Shown here: piece after piece, positions 13,060 through 25,555 of the stretch
Layout: every line of letters starts with the position of its first letter
How positions within the stretch are numbered: position 1 is the stretch's first letter
The notes under the pieces: generated by a model
Seen by the model: only the letters and a program-made list of their open reading frames with translations
Databases searched by the model: none
What the model was told of the DNA's origin: nothing
From: Octopus sinensis
Taxonomy: Eukaryota
Assembly (NCBI RefSeq): GCF_006345805.1
Contig: NW_021833703.1
Location: 1-53,687, forward strand
Length of the DNA: 53,687 nt
Direction of reading: 5' to 3'
Program-made: the position numbers and the translations under genes

Positions 13060-14275
13060 ACAAAAACAACGTCACCATTTTGAACTTGCATATTTTCACT
13101 GTTTCATCTTACAGGTTGTATTTGTATAACGTGCGTGTAGAGCTGGTTGATCTGGTTCTTTCTTTTTTGGCTTTTTTTGTTTTTCTGGAAAAACCTAGCT
13201 TTTCCAGATTGTCTCTCAGGCATTTCCTCACAAAACCAAGTGCACCAATTATTATAGGTATGTTTGTATGTATATATATATGTGTATGCATGCATACATG
13301 CATGTATATATATATATATATATGTATGTATACATGTATATATGTATGCATGTATGTACATTATGAATGCATACATACATGCATGTATGTATTTATGTAT
13401 ATATACTTGCATGTAAGTATCTATACTTGCATGTATGTATGTATGTACATGTATTATGAATGCATGTATACACGCATGTATGTATTTATCTATATATGCA
13501 TGCATGTATGCAGTTGTGAATGTATGTATGCATGCATGTATGTTATGTATATATGTATATATGCATGCATGTATGTATGTATGCATGTATTTTATGTATG
13601 CATATATGCAGGTATATATGCATATATGTATGTATATATGTAGGTATGCATGCATGTATTTTATGTATGTATATATGCATGCATGTATGTATGTACGTAT
13701 GTATGTATGTACGTATGTATATAAGTATGTACGTACGTACGTTTTTACCATTATGTCTTTGTATATATACGTGAGAGTGTGTGTGTGTTTATATTTACTT
13801 ATATGTGAAGAAAAAGTAAGATGAATATATAGAGAGAGATGTCGATGTGCTTGTTTTACATACACATATACGAGTTTCTCAAGCACTCTGGCTTTCTATA
13901 TATCTCTGAATGCAAGCGTTGGGTCGGTCGTGACTATGTACATGAGGGTATGAATAGGTTTTTTTAAAGTCACTCTTTGTCTTAATAAATAGTTTATTTA
14001 TTTCTTCGTTTATTTTTCTCACCTGATTTTCTTTTCGAATTCTTCATAGCCTTGGGTCTATGAAAGCATGGTAACTTTTAATATTCTTTTCTCCATGTTA
14101 TCTTATTCTAGCCTTTTCTGTTCTTACTTTGAAGTGCACGCGTACAACCTTGCAGTTTTGTACTCTCCCCGGTACACGGCTTTCAACCTCATCTCTTGGG
14201 TACGTCCAAAACCTTGTTTATTCTAGAAGCGACTTTGCTGTTTCAGAGATGAAACGCCTTGCAAGTTGGTACACT
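13060..14275 (-). pseudogene. Possible RLE-type (R2/R4/NeSL-like) non-LTR fragments split by a (TATG/CATG)n array at 13258-13870
   Basis: IPIIIGALGFVRKCLRDNLEKLGF (about 13190-13260, minus) resembles the C-terminal ipiiiGALG motif after the restriction-like endonuclease; 13880-14275 only weakly supportive. Confidence 0.4.
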
Positions 14276-14277
14276 TT

Positions 14278-14730
14278 GACATATAAACTCATACATACAT
14301 ACATACATACATACATACATACGTACACACACACATACATACATACATATATACGTACACACACACACACATACATACATACATACATGCTTGCACAAAT
14401 ACATTCCTGCATGCATACATACATACGTAAATACTTGCATGCACACATGCAAACATACATATATATATTATACATATATACATGCATGCATGCATACATA
14501 CATTATACATACATGCATGCATACATACATTATACATACATGCATATATACATACATACATGCATGCATACATGTATCATACATACGTACATACATACAT
14601 GCATGCATACATACATTATACATACATGCATATATACATACATACATGCATGCATACATGTATCATACATACGTACATACATACATGCATGCATACATAC
14701 ATTAGACATACATGCATATATACATACAAT
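14278..14730. repeat. (CATA)n/(CATG)n compound microsatellite
   Basis: Direct reading. Confidence 0.95.
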
Positions 14731-14904
14731 ATCATTTGTCAATGAAACAAGATCATCCCTTAAAATAATAGTTGCATTAAATATGAATTAATCCAGTTAA
14801 TGAAATACAACAGGTAATTAAATGATAATGACGATTGTCTGGCAAATGAAGTCTAAGGATTAGCGTCTTTTTCTTAGACTCTATCCATTTTTCTTTTTAC
14901 TTAT

Positions 14905-15480
14905 TTGTTTCAGTCATTAGACTGCGGCCATACTGTGGCATCACTTTGGAGAACTTTTAGTCGAATGAATCGACCTCTGGGCTAATATTTTCTAAGGTTC
15001 GGTGCTTATTCCATCGATCCCTTTTGCCGAACCGCTACGTTACAAGGAGGCAAACACACCAACAGCGGTTGTGAAGCGATGGTGGGGATAAATATAGACA
15101 CAAACACACACACGCACATACACATGCGCACACACAAACACATACACACACACAGTCATGCATACATATATATATATATAGCACCGACATGTTTTCCAAT
15201 TTCCAGTAACCTTTACTAAGCTATCCTTATTTTTTGTATTTTTACTTATACACACGCACAGCGCACGTACGTACACACACACGTGTGTGTGGTATGGGGG
15301 GTGGGGGTGTATGAATGTATATATACGACTGGCTTTCAGTTTCCGTCAAATCTGCTGACAAGGGTTTGGCCGACCCGAAACTATAGTAGAGGATGCTTAC
15401 CCAAGACGCCACGCAATGGGGCTGAAACCGGAACCATGTGATTCGGAAGCAAGCTTCTTACCACATAGACACACCTGTGC
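14905..15480 (-). mobile_element. SINE family B, split by an expanded internal (CA/TA)n tract
   Basis: Tail TTTCAGTCATT..GCGGCCAT (14910) and head GAAACCGGAACCATGTG..CTTACCACA (15420-15470) in reverse. Confidence 0.85.
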
Positions 15481-15824
15481 CTGTTTTCCTTCATGGATTT
15501 GCAAAGGTGTAGAAGGGAAATTCTGTATACTCGAAAGGTGGAATCCCAGTATTCTCAGACGCATGCTTAACATTCGGACACGCATTCTTCTTGGTTAATT
15601 TCATAAACATTTTATCCATGTGAAGTTTTACCTTTTAGTTAAGAGGGAAAGCAATACTCACAACCCGTCATGAGGTTTCCGACACTGGCGGGAGGGAGAA
15701 GGAGAAATGCATCCTCAAACCGATAACCTGACCAGTATGCTTGCAGAATAATAGACTGCGCTAAAGACAACCGAGTTGCTATCTGGCAGTGTTACAATGG
15801 ACAACAGGTTAAGTCCAACATCGT

Positions 15825-16050
15825 GAAGGCGCGTGGCTTAGTGCTTAGGATATTCGGTTCACGTTTCTTAGTCGTGAGTTCGATTCTTGGTGGCGCATCG
15901 TGTCCTTCAGCAAGACTCTTTACTTCACGTTGCTCCAGTCCACTCAACTGGCCATAATGAGCTGTACCTGTAGTTCAAAGGGCCGACATCGTCACATTGA
16001 GTCACGCTGAATCTCCCCCAGAACTACGTTAAGAGTGTGCGTGTCTATGA
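15825..16050 (+). mobile_element. tRNA-derived SINE family C
   Basis: GAAGGCGCGTGGCTTAGTG (A box), GAGTTCGATTC (B box), GTGTCCTT(G/C)AGCAAGAC...GTTGCTCCAGTCCACTCA body; also at 33033, 38215, 47007, 48088. Confidence 0.88.
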
Positions 16051-16062
16051 AATCTTTTCTAC

Positions 16063-16482
16063 TCTAGGCACAAGGCCTGAAATTTTGGGGGAGTGGGGGC
16101 CAGTCGATTAGATCGACCCCAGTACGCAACTGGTACTTGATTTATCAACCCCGAAAGGATGAGAGGCAAAGTCGACCCCGGCGGAATTTGAACTCAGAAC
16201 CCAGAACGTAATCCAGCAATTTCTATTTAAAAGTTATTTTATTTGAAAATTTATATTTCTTTACTACCCACAAGGGGCTAAACACAGAGAGGACAAACAA
16301 GGACAGACAAATGGATTAAGTCGATTGCATCGACCCCAGTGCGTAACTGGTACTTATTTAATCGACCCCGAAAGGATGAAAGGCCAAGTCGACCTCGGCG
16401 GAGTTTGAACTCAGAACGTAACTGCAGACGAAATACGGCCACGCATTTTGCCCTGCGTGCTAACGTTTCTGCCAGCTCGCCG
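16063..16482 (-). mobile_element. Two SINE family A copies (second with the A' tail TTTGTCTGTCCTTGTTTGTCC..TTAGCCCCTTGTGGGTAG)
   Basis: Reverse family A sequence at 16063-16205 and 16255-16482. Confidence 0.9.
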
Positions 16483-16499
16483 AAAACCTCCCAAGATAC

Positions 16500-16770
16500 G
16501 AGGGAATTCACTTTCTTCCTATCAGCCTTGGGTTGTATTTGTTTATGCCTCCTGCATATGAGCACTCATGGCTTCTAAATCCATCCATAGACAATATGAA
16601 TAATGCAGTTTCATCTATGTTATACATCTGCTCAAGGCCCAGGTTCTTAGTGATAAGTTTGGCAAATGTGTCCACTTACTTGTCAATTCTTTCTTGGTTT
16701 GCATGGAAATTCCATGACGCTTCTTAAACCTTAAAAACCATTCTTCACTATAATCACCCTTAAGCTCTGA
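16500..16770 (-). pseudogene. Second Tigger/pogo (TIGD/Jerky-like) transposase fragment
   Basis: Minus strand gives DYSEEWFLRFKKRHGIS and VDTFAKLITKNLGLEQMYNIDETALF (CENP-B HTH end and NxDET motif). Confidence 0.75.
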
Positions 16771-16819
16771 TTTTAAGTTCAGCATGGAATAACACTGTAT
16801 ATTAATTTTTTTTTTTTTG

Positions 16820-17110
16820 TCTTAGGTCAACAAGTGTTATTTCCTATTTGCTACTATCTAGAAATCAAAGGAAGTGACTACTATTCCCTTCAAACTTTGC
16901 TTTTGTGACCTGGACATCATCAATGCTTTGAAATTGACCTATTTTCCATTACATTTCAGACATTCAGCGCTGAGTTGCTGAAGCAGAAATATCGTTATAG
17001 CAAACATTCTGTTGAATACCACAGATTTGCTTGTCAGTAGTGCGACCTTAACCACTCGAGCATGTCCCTTGGTGGCTGACAATATGTGAATCTCTGAAGA
17101 TGAGCAGAAG
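16820..17110 (-). repeat. Unclassified ~300-bp interspersed repeat D, copy 1
   Basis: Reverse complement of 26405-26700 (shared CAGAGATGCACATATTGTCAG, GTGGTTAAGGTC, CAAGCAAATCTGTGGTATT, ACTCAGCGCTGAAT). Confidence 0.8.
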
Positions 17111-17844
17111 AATCAGCGTGACACCACATGTGTGACATGGCTGGACAGTTGAGTTAACTTGTTCTTAATTAATTTTAACTTCTTTTAACTTGTCTTAACT
17201 TACCTTAATTTATTCAGCTACAGTACAACATCTTCCTCCTTTACCTTCCTAACTTCTCCTACTAACAGTATCACCCTGTTGTCTTTCTATATTATTTGAG
17301 ATAAATGTACACTCGCTCCATCTGTCGGGTTTTCATCCAGTTCTCAATTTAATCTGCAAAGCTTGTGTCAACTTATAGTAAACGAGGGGACCAAAAATTT
17401 ACAAATTGAGATTAATTATTAGCGAAAAAGTAATGAAATATAACGTTTCTGGTTGACGTTACTTGCTCGAGATTTCTCGATCGCGAAGCACATGTCAAAC
17501 ACAGTGGATACTGGCGAAAGAAATATGCGTTTTAGTAGACATTTCACTGTATAGTAGTACACTATGCACTTGTTTCGAAAGAAACTCTATACACACAGTC
17601 ACCATTCAGAACACAGTATTATAGATAAAATCTCTTCACGATAATGTCATTGTGTTAAAAGATAAGAGATAAAGAGATAGAGAATGGTTGAAGTAATGCT
17701 CATAAATCCAGAATGTCCTGCTCTCGGCTGACAAGTAACAGGATGTGAGCGCCATTTGCGATTCTACAGTAGCAGCTTTCGCACATGCTCTGATGCCCAC
17801 TGCATGTCGATTTAGATGTAACAAGACACCAAAGCCACTCAGTA

Positions 17845-17861
17845 AACAAGCACACACACAC

Positions 17862-17915
<54 letters not shown>

Positions 17916-18146
17916 AACACACACACACACACTGACACAGACACACGCACTCAGGCACACATACGCGCACACGTACTCACTCAAACAAGCATGAATGTAT
18001 ATATATATGTGTGTATATATATATGTGTGTGTATATATATGTATATATATGTGTGTATATATATGTATATATATGTGTATATATATATATATGTATATAT
18101 ATATGTGTGTGTATATATATATATATATGTCTATGTATGCATTGTA

Positions 18147-18179
<33 letters not shown>

Positions 18180-19040
18180 ATGCTTATATCTTTCATCTAG
18201 TATTTATTATTTACTGTATGACATATCATCTTCAATAAATACTTGATAACGAGTCTAAACCAATGGGAAATTTGTAGACAATATGATGTGGGAAGCCATA
18301 TTGTTTTTTTTTTATCTATCACTTTATAATGTAGAAATAAACTTCTAGAAAAGCTCAAAATTAAATATATAAAGGAGACATGCGCTTGTCTTATCAACAT
18401 TGTATGAAGTAATAGAGTTAACGTAATATATTAAAACATATACACCTACACACGACAGAAATACTCGAAACTTATGCAACGCGCATACAATTCATACACG
18501 CACACACATCACATACTCTCATTCACGCACTGCGTGAGTACGTATGTACATGCGTGCATGCGAGTGTTTGTGTGTGTGTGTGTGAATATGTGTTATTCTG
18601 TCTATGAATGAATCTCCACCTACCTACCTACCTATCTACCCATCTACCTATCTATCCATCTATCTAGCTATCTATCTGTATAGGTATGAAAGTGTATGCA
18701 TGAGTGCAGTGACGTGCACGTTTACTAGAGTGCTGGTGTGTGCATGCAAGTATGTGAGTGCATAGTTCTACATTCAGCTTTTATTCGTGTCTACAATAGC
18801 TGTGTGCCTACATGTGCGCGAGCATATGCATATTTATCTGTGTTTGTGTATGTGTGTGTGTGTGTGAGTATATACATATATATATATTTATATATATTTA
18901 TATGCGTACACACCTCTCTTTCTCTTTATGTATATATATATATATGTATGTATGTATGTTTATATATGTGTGTGTGTATTTATATATATTTATATGTATG
19001 TATGTATATATGTATGTATATATATATATATATGTGTGCG

Positions 19041-19071
<31 letters not shown>

Positions 19072-19800
19072 GTATATACACACACATGGTTGTATGTATA
19101 TGTAATCACAGGCACATACGCCTAAGAATGTGTGCATATGTATATATATTGCATGTGCACACGCACGTTTATATATGTGTGTATGTGCATGTGTATGTGT
19201 GTGTGTGTGTATGTGTGTGTACATATGAATAAACACACACATACAGCTATGTTCGTGAGTGTGTGTGTGTGTGTGTGTGTGTATTTATATCTTCAAACGA
19301 CATTTAGCAATTTATTTTACTACAAATTATTTTTCTTGACAATTCTATTTCCTTCAGCTAATTATGTAAGAATGTTGTGACTGTTTCTCTCCTCGTCGCC
19401 GTCGTTGTTGTTGTTGTTGTTGTTGTTGTTGCAGAAACGGCAGCTGCTGTTGTTGTTGTTGTTGTTACAGAGACATCAGCACCAGCAGCAGCAGCAGCTG
19501 TTGTTGCCGTTGTTGTTGCAGAAACAGCAGCAACCATTGTTATTGTTGTTGTTGTTGTTGTTGTTGTTTTTGTGATAGTAAAGACTCTCCCTCCTCCCCT
19601 CCTTCCTTCCTTCCATCCATCCTTCCCTATCTCTTTCTCTCTCTCTCTGTCTCTCTCTCTCTCCTTCTCTCTTATTGCTCGTGTCTCTGTTTCACTTTCG
19701 TTTATTTGTTTTATTTGTTTAGCTGTTTGTTTGTTATTCTTGTTTTATCTCGCTATAATGTTAATATGTCATCTTTGTGTACTAAGATTTTCGTACAGGG

Positions 19801-19856
<56 letters not shown>

Positions 19857-19895
19857 AGAGAGAGAAAGAGAGAGAGAGAAAGAGAGAGAAGAGAA

Positions 19896-19940
<45 letters not shown>

Positions 19941-20520
19941 AAGAAAGAGAGAGATAAAGAAAGAGAGAGAGAAAGAGAGAGAGAGAAAGAGAGAGGGAGA
20001 GAGAGAAAGAGATAGAAATAGAAAGAGAGAGAGAGGAGAAAGAGGGAGAGAGAGAAAGAGAGAGCGCGGGGGAGAGAGAGAGAGGAGTCACACAAATGTA
20101 TATATGAACAAACATATACAAATGCACACATACTTACATATACACTAGTATTTATACTTATATCCAATATACATAATACATATATATATATATATACACA
20201 TACCTACATATACACATTCGCTCACATAATAACAGAGACATGCATACACACTTATAAATCGACAAGGATAGGACACAGATAAGTATATTTGCATAAAATG
20301 TGATTGCATAGACACATTCTTATTTACACATACAAGCATCCATCCATTCCCATATACATATACAACACATATATAAATATACAGGCAAAAATTCACATAC
20401 ATAAATACACATATATACAAACACTTCTTAAACAGGCTCGCTTATACATATACACATACAAACATCACACACACATTCCAATATACACACAATCAGACTT
20501 ACACATACACACGTCCGCAC
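17845..20520. repeat. Microsatellite-rich block: (CA)n, (TA/TG)n, (GTT/GCA)n at 19400-19570, (GA)n at 19800-20085
   Basis: Direct reading. Confidence 0.92.
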
Positions 20521-20559
20521 GTACGCATACGTATTGAAGAGATAAAAGAAAATTATGCT

Positions 20560-20700
20560 CAGCAGTTACGAAACTGGTTGATGCAGCAACGGAAAGGGAA
20601 AACGTCGACGTCACAGAACGGAAATACACGATGATGACGTCATTGAAACCTTGGATAGACTTTCTCTTATAAAAGGACTAGAGATTCGTGACGTAACTGC
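20560..20700. promoter_or_regulatory. Candidate CRE-TATA promoter/enhancer module
   Basis: CGACGTCA 20606-20613, perfect TGACGTCA 20635-20642, TATAAAAG 20668-20675, GTGACGTAAC 20688-20697, two ETS-like ACGGAAA; motif match only. Confidence 0.4.
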
Positions 20701-20733
20701 GAGAGGGGAAAGTAGAAAGGGAGGGAGGGAGTT

Positions 20734-20768
<35 letters not shown>

Positions 20769-21022
20769 TTGAGAGAGAGAGAGTGAGGGAGAGAAAATAA
20801 GGAGAGAGCAGGAGAGGACAGATGAAAGAATGGATTGTAAAAGACGTCTAACGTTTGTGACATGACAATGACAACAATGACGACGATGATGATGGTGATG
20901 GTGATGATGATGACGACGACGAGGAAGAGGAGGAGGAGCAGGAGGAAAAGGGAGAAGAAGGAGAATAGAAAAAGGGCTGGTTGTTGGGGCGATTGACGAG
21001 TGCGGTTTTGAATACAATGATT

Positions 21023-21099
21023 ATTACGCAATATCGATTCCAGAGGCAAGCACGTGTATTCGAGGAATTGCTTGCTTATCAGGTGTGTAATTGCGTAAC
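21023..21099. promoter_or_regulatory. Paired C/EBP-type sites around an E-box
   Basis: ATTACGCAAT 21023-21032, CACGTG 21051-21056, ATTGCGTAAC 21090-21099. Confidence 0.3.
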
Positions 21100-21109
21100 A
21101 GAGTGGCTC

Positions 21110-21396
21110 GGTGTGTCTGTGTGCGCGTGTGTGTATGAGTATATGCGTGCGTGCGTGTATGTGTGTGCGTGTGTGTGTGTGTGTGTGTGTGCGTGTGTGT
21201 GTGTGTGTCTTTGTGTGTGCGTGCGTGCATGTTCCTGCGCGTGTGTTTGAACCTAACGTCTACGCGTGTTTTATGCGTGCACATGTGTGTTTGTGAATGT
21301 GTGTGAGTGCGTGTGTGTGTGTGCGTGCGTGTGTGTGTGCGTATGTGTGTGTGTGTGTGTGCGTGTATGCGTGTGCGTGTGTGTGTGTGTGTGCGC

Positions 21397-21433
<37 letters not shown>

Positions 21434-21900
21434 TGTGCGTGTGTGTGTGTGCGTGTGTATCGTCTCCGTTAATCAAAAAGACGATGAAAATTGCTTCTTT
21501 CCTTATTTTTGTTATTGTTGTTGGTGGTGGTGCTGTTGGTGTTGTCGTTGTTGTTGTTGTAGTTTGACATTTGACAAGAGAAATGAAGTAGAAGGAATGG
21601 GAGTGGAAAATAAAGAAAAGAGAAGAGCTAGAGGGTGGTGGTGGTGGTTGTGGTGGTGGTGGTGGTGGAGGCAACGAGGAGGTGGAGGGGAATAAGGTGA
21701 CAGTGGGAGAGAAGAGAAATAACGCTGAATAACGGAGACTGATAATCAGATGACGACGACGGAGATGGAGATGGTGACGATGATGATGATGGTGGTGGTG
21801 GTGATGGTTGTGATGGTTGTGTCGATGACGGGGGCGGCGATGGTGATGGCAACTGCGATAAAAGCAACTGTGACTATTCTAAAGAAATGGAAGTTGTATG
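21110..21900. repeat. (TG/CG)n then (GTT/GGT/GAT)n low-complexity block
   Basis: Direct reading. Confidence 0.93.
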
Positions 21901-22051
21901 AGAAACGAGAGATGAAATTGCGACGAAGAATGTGATAAGTGATAGAGAGAAGACTTATGATGGTGGGGGGGGGTGATTATCCTCATTTTAGTAATAATAA
22001 TGATAACGATGATGGAGAAGGTGGACAAAAAAAAGAAAAACCTCTTTTTAT

Positions 22052-22935
22052 CGGCGAGCTGGCAGAATCGTTAGCATGCCGGGCGAAATGCTTAGCGGTA
22101 TTTCGTCTGCCGCAACGTTCTGAGTTCAAATTCCGCCGAGGTCGACTTTGCCTTTCATCCTTTCGGGGTCGATAAATTAAGTACCAGTTACGCACTGGGG
22201 TCGATGTAATCGACTTAATACCTATGTCTGTTCTTGTTTGTCCCCTCTATGTTTAGCCCCTTGTGGGTAGTAAAGAAATAGGTATTTCATCTGACGTTAC
22301 GTTCTGAGTTCAAATTAAGTACCAGTTACGCACTGGGGTCGATGTAATTGACTTAATCCGTTTGTCTGTCCTTGTTTGTCCCCTCTGTGTTTAGCCCCTT
22401 GTGGGTAGTAAAGAAATAGGTATTTCGTCTGACGATACGTTCTGAGTTCAAATTCCGCCGAGGTCGACGTTGCCTTTCATCCTTCCGGGGTTGATTAAAC
22501 AAATACCAGTTATGCACTGGGGTCGATATAATCGACTTAATCCGTTTGTCTGTCCTTGTTTGTCCCCTCTGTGTTTAGCCCCTTGTGGGTAGTAAAGAAA
22601 TAGGTATTTCGTCTGACGTTACGTTCTGAGTTCAAATTCCGCCGAGGTCGATTTGCCTTTCATCAGTTCGGGGTCGATTAAATAAGTACCAGTTACGCAC
22701 TGGGGTCGATGTAATTGACTTAATCCTTTTGTCTTTCCGTGTTTGTCCCCTCTGTGTTTAGCCCTTTGTGGGTAGTAAAGAAATAGGTATTTCATCCGTC
22801 TTTACGTTATTGAGTTCAAATTCCGCCGAGGTCAACTTTGCTGTTTTTCTTTTCGGGGTAGATAAATTAAATACCAGTTGCATACTGGGGTCGATGTAAT
22901 CGACTAGTACCCTCACCTAAAATTTCAGGCCCTGT
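22052..22935 (+). repeat. Head-to-tail tandem array of about 5 SINE A'-derived units (period 184 bp, one internally deleted)
   Basis: Unit starts GGTATTTC at 22097, 22281, 22419, 22603, 22786. Confidence 0.93.
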
Positions 22936-23367
22936 GTCTTTAAAAGAAAATATTATTTTAGCTATGCTATTTATGGCTGTTCTTATTTGCAATCCTGTTG
23001 TTTTATTGTTGTGGCATATTTTCTTACGTGTATGAGAGTTTGTGCATACACACATACTCTCTCACTATCTCCGCCTGCCATCCCCTCCAAACACACACAG
23101 ACACACACACACTCACATACATTACATGTACCTGAGAGCATCCGTGCTACAAACCAATTTAACTACAATAAATAAACTGAAGCACATAATGTCACTGTCC
23201 TTATAGGAAACAGAACAAATGCTTCAGTATGAGTTCATTAAGTAATGAATCTAGTTGACAACACGAACCAGGGAATCGTTATAACGTCCTCCGACAAAAC
23301 TATACGATCAGGCGGCACCAGTCTACAATGAAACTGAAAAAACAAAAAGAAGAAAAAGGAGGAAAGT

Positions 23368-23775
23368 TAGAATTGGCTGTATGGTAAGAGGTTTGTTTCC
23401 CACCCGCATGGTTCTGTGTTCAGTCCCACTGTGTGGTATCTTGGGCAAGTGTCTTCTTCTATAGCTTCGAGACGACCAAAGCCTTGTCAGCAGATTTGGT
23501 AGAACGAAACTGAAAAAAACCCGTCACATATATATGCGTGTGTTTCTGTGTGTGTGTTTAGGTTTGTGTCTGTGTTTGTCCCACACTACTGCTAGACAAC
23601 CGTCATTGGTGTGTTTACGTCCCCGTAAATTAGCGGCTCGGTAAAAAGAGACCGACAGAACAAATACCCGGCTTTAAACAATGAGTACTGGGGGTGATTC
23701 ATATGACTAAAAATTCTCCAAGAATGGTCCCCAGCATGGCCATACCCTAATGAGTGAAACAAGTAGAAGATAAAA
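23368..23775 (+). mobile_element. SINE family B
   Basis: TGGCTGTATGGTAAGAGG head, GGTTC..TTCAGTCCCAC B box, internal (TA)(TG), tail CCAGCATGGCC..GAAACAAGTA. Confidence 0.9.
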
Positions 23776-25064
23776 GATAAAAAGATAAACTGGGCTCTAA
23801 TATATATTGTGCCACTCTTTGTGCTAATAGTTCTAGGACGTGGCACCTCCTTATGTGCCATGGGAAATGAAACATGTTTAAACGTTAAATGTGCTTGCCC
23901 AACGGCAAGATAAATTGTGTTACATTGTAGACACGAGAATAAATTTATTTTTAAGAATTGCACATTGGGTCAACGTCTCATGGCGTAGAATCAACGGAAA
24001 TTCCAGTGGTGATTCGTCATTATCAAAACCCTTAAAACAACAAAACAATGTGACCAACAGATTAATTTCCGTAACAGTATAATAATTTAGAGACATCCGG
24101 TAAAAATTTAAACAGAGAGTATGGGATAAAACATTGCTAGTGACGTCAGAAACAAAATAACAACGCGAAATAGATTTAGTCACAAGTTCTTTTTTAACTG
24201 GATATAATGACGTAATCGATGGATAGATACAAGATAAATACTGAAACTGACCCAAGAGAGATACAGTCAAGCAATTATTGTAACACAGGATGTGTTGGCG
24301 TAAACGACAGAAAAGGTAGGACAGTCACTGAATTCTGATGAAAACTAATATTCGGAGTAAACAATTTTTACAAAACAAGATATGATTAAAACATCGATAA
24401 GCGAAAGTAAGTCAGCAACCGAAGTGATTTAAGAAAAGTGACGAAATAGTAACGGAAACTAAAAGACGTGAATTAAAGTAAAATAGTCGCATGGGAAAAA
24501 AAAAAAACGATGAATGGATACAACAATCAATGAATTTACAAATGAAACACAACAATGCACAACCTCTTAGCAGAACAGCGTATAGAAACTGGACATTGAA
24601 AATAATGGCCATATACGTAAAAGTAAATCCTCTCCAAAGGGTGTCGAACTAACTTGAAATACCGAACAAAAAAGTTTTATGATTTTAGTGCCATGAAACT
24701 GGAAACAATATAATCCTGATAAACCATAAAGTACAATGAAATGGACAAGCTCACCTACACTCACACGCAGGCACGCACATACGCATACACACACACTTTC
24801 TCACACACACATGCAGATACGCGCGCACACACACACATACACGCATATACACACATACACACTCACACACACACACACACACACAAATATGTATATACGT
24901 GTATATATATTACGTATGTATGTATGTATGTATGCATGTATGTATGTGTGTATGCATGTATGTATGTATATATGTATGTATGTATGTGTGTATGCATGTA
25001 TGTTGTATATATGTATGTATGTATGTATGTGTGTATGTATGTATGTATTATGTATGTATGTGTG

Positions 25065-25096
<32 letters not shown>

Positions 25097-25149
25097 ATTC
25101 AAAGACAAGGAAACAGGATAAAGTTTCTCTCAAAGATATACAAAATTTA

Positions 25150-25555
25150 TAGGCGCAAGAGTGTCTGTGTGGTAAGTAGCTTGCTTGCCAACCACATGGT
25201 TACGGGTTCAGTCCCACTGCGTAGCACCTTGGGCAAGTATCTTCTACTATAGCCTTGGGCCGACCAAAGCCTTGTGAGTAGATTTGGTAGACGGAAAGTG
25301 AAAAGAAGCCCGTCGTATATATGTATATGTATATATATGTGTATATGTGTTTGTGTATCTGTGTTTGTCCCCCCACCAACATAGTTTGACAACCGATGCT
25401 GGTGTGTTTACGTCCCCGTAACTTAGCCGTTCGGTAAAAGAGACCGATAGAATAAGTACTGGGCTTACAAAGAATAAGTTCCGGAGTCGATTTGCTCGAC
25501 TAAAGGCGGTGCTCCAGCATGGCCACAGTCAAATGACTGAAACAAGTAAAAGAGT
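25150..25555 (+). mobile_element. SINE family B, full length
   Basis: AGGCGCAAGAGTGTCTGTGTGGTAAG head through AAATGACTGAAACAAGTAAAAGAGTA tail. Confidence 0.93.

Noticed and set aside
15662-15685. Minus-strand 23-nt microexon (CCCGCCAG...GTGAGT)
   Set aside because: Not a multiple of 3, and the surrounding 15490-15820 looks like decayed element sequence; unsupported
22052-22935. Tandem array as a CRISPR array or tRNA gene cluster
   Set aside because: No unique spacers and no cas genes; units are SINE-derived and lack a complete cloverleaf or acceptor stem
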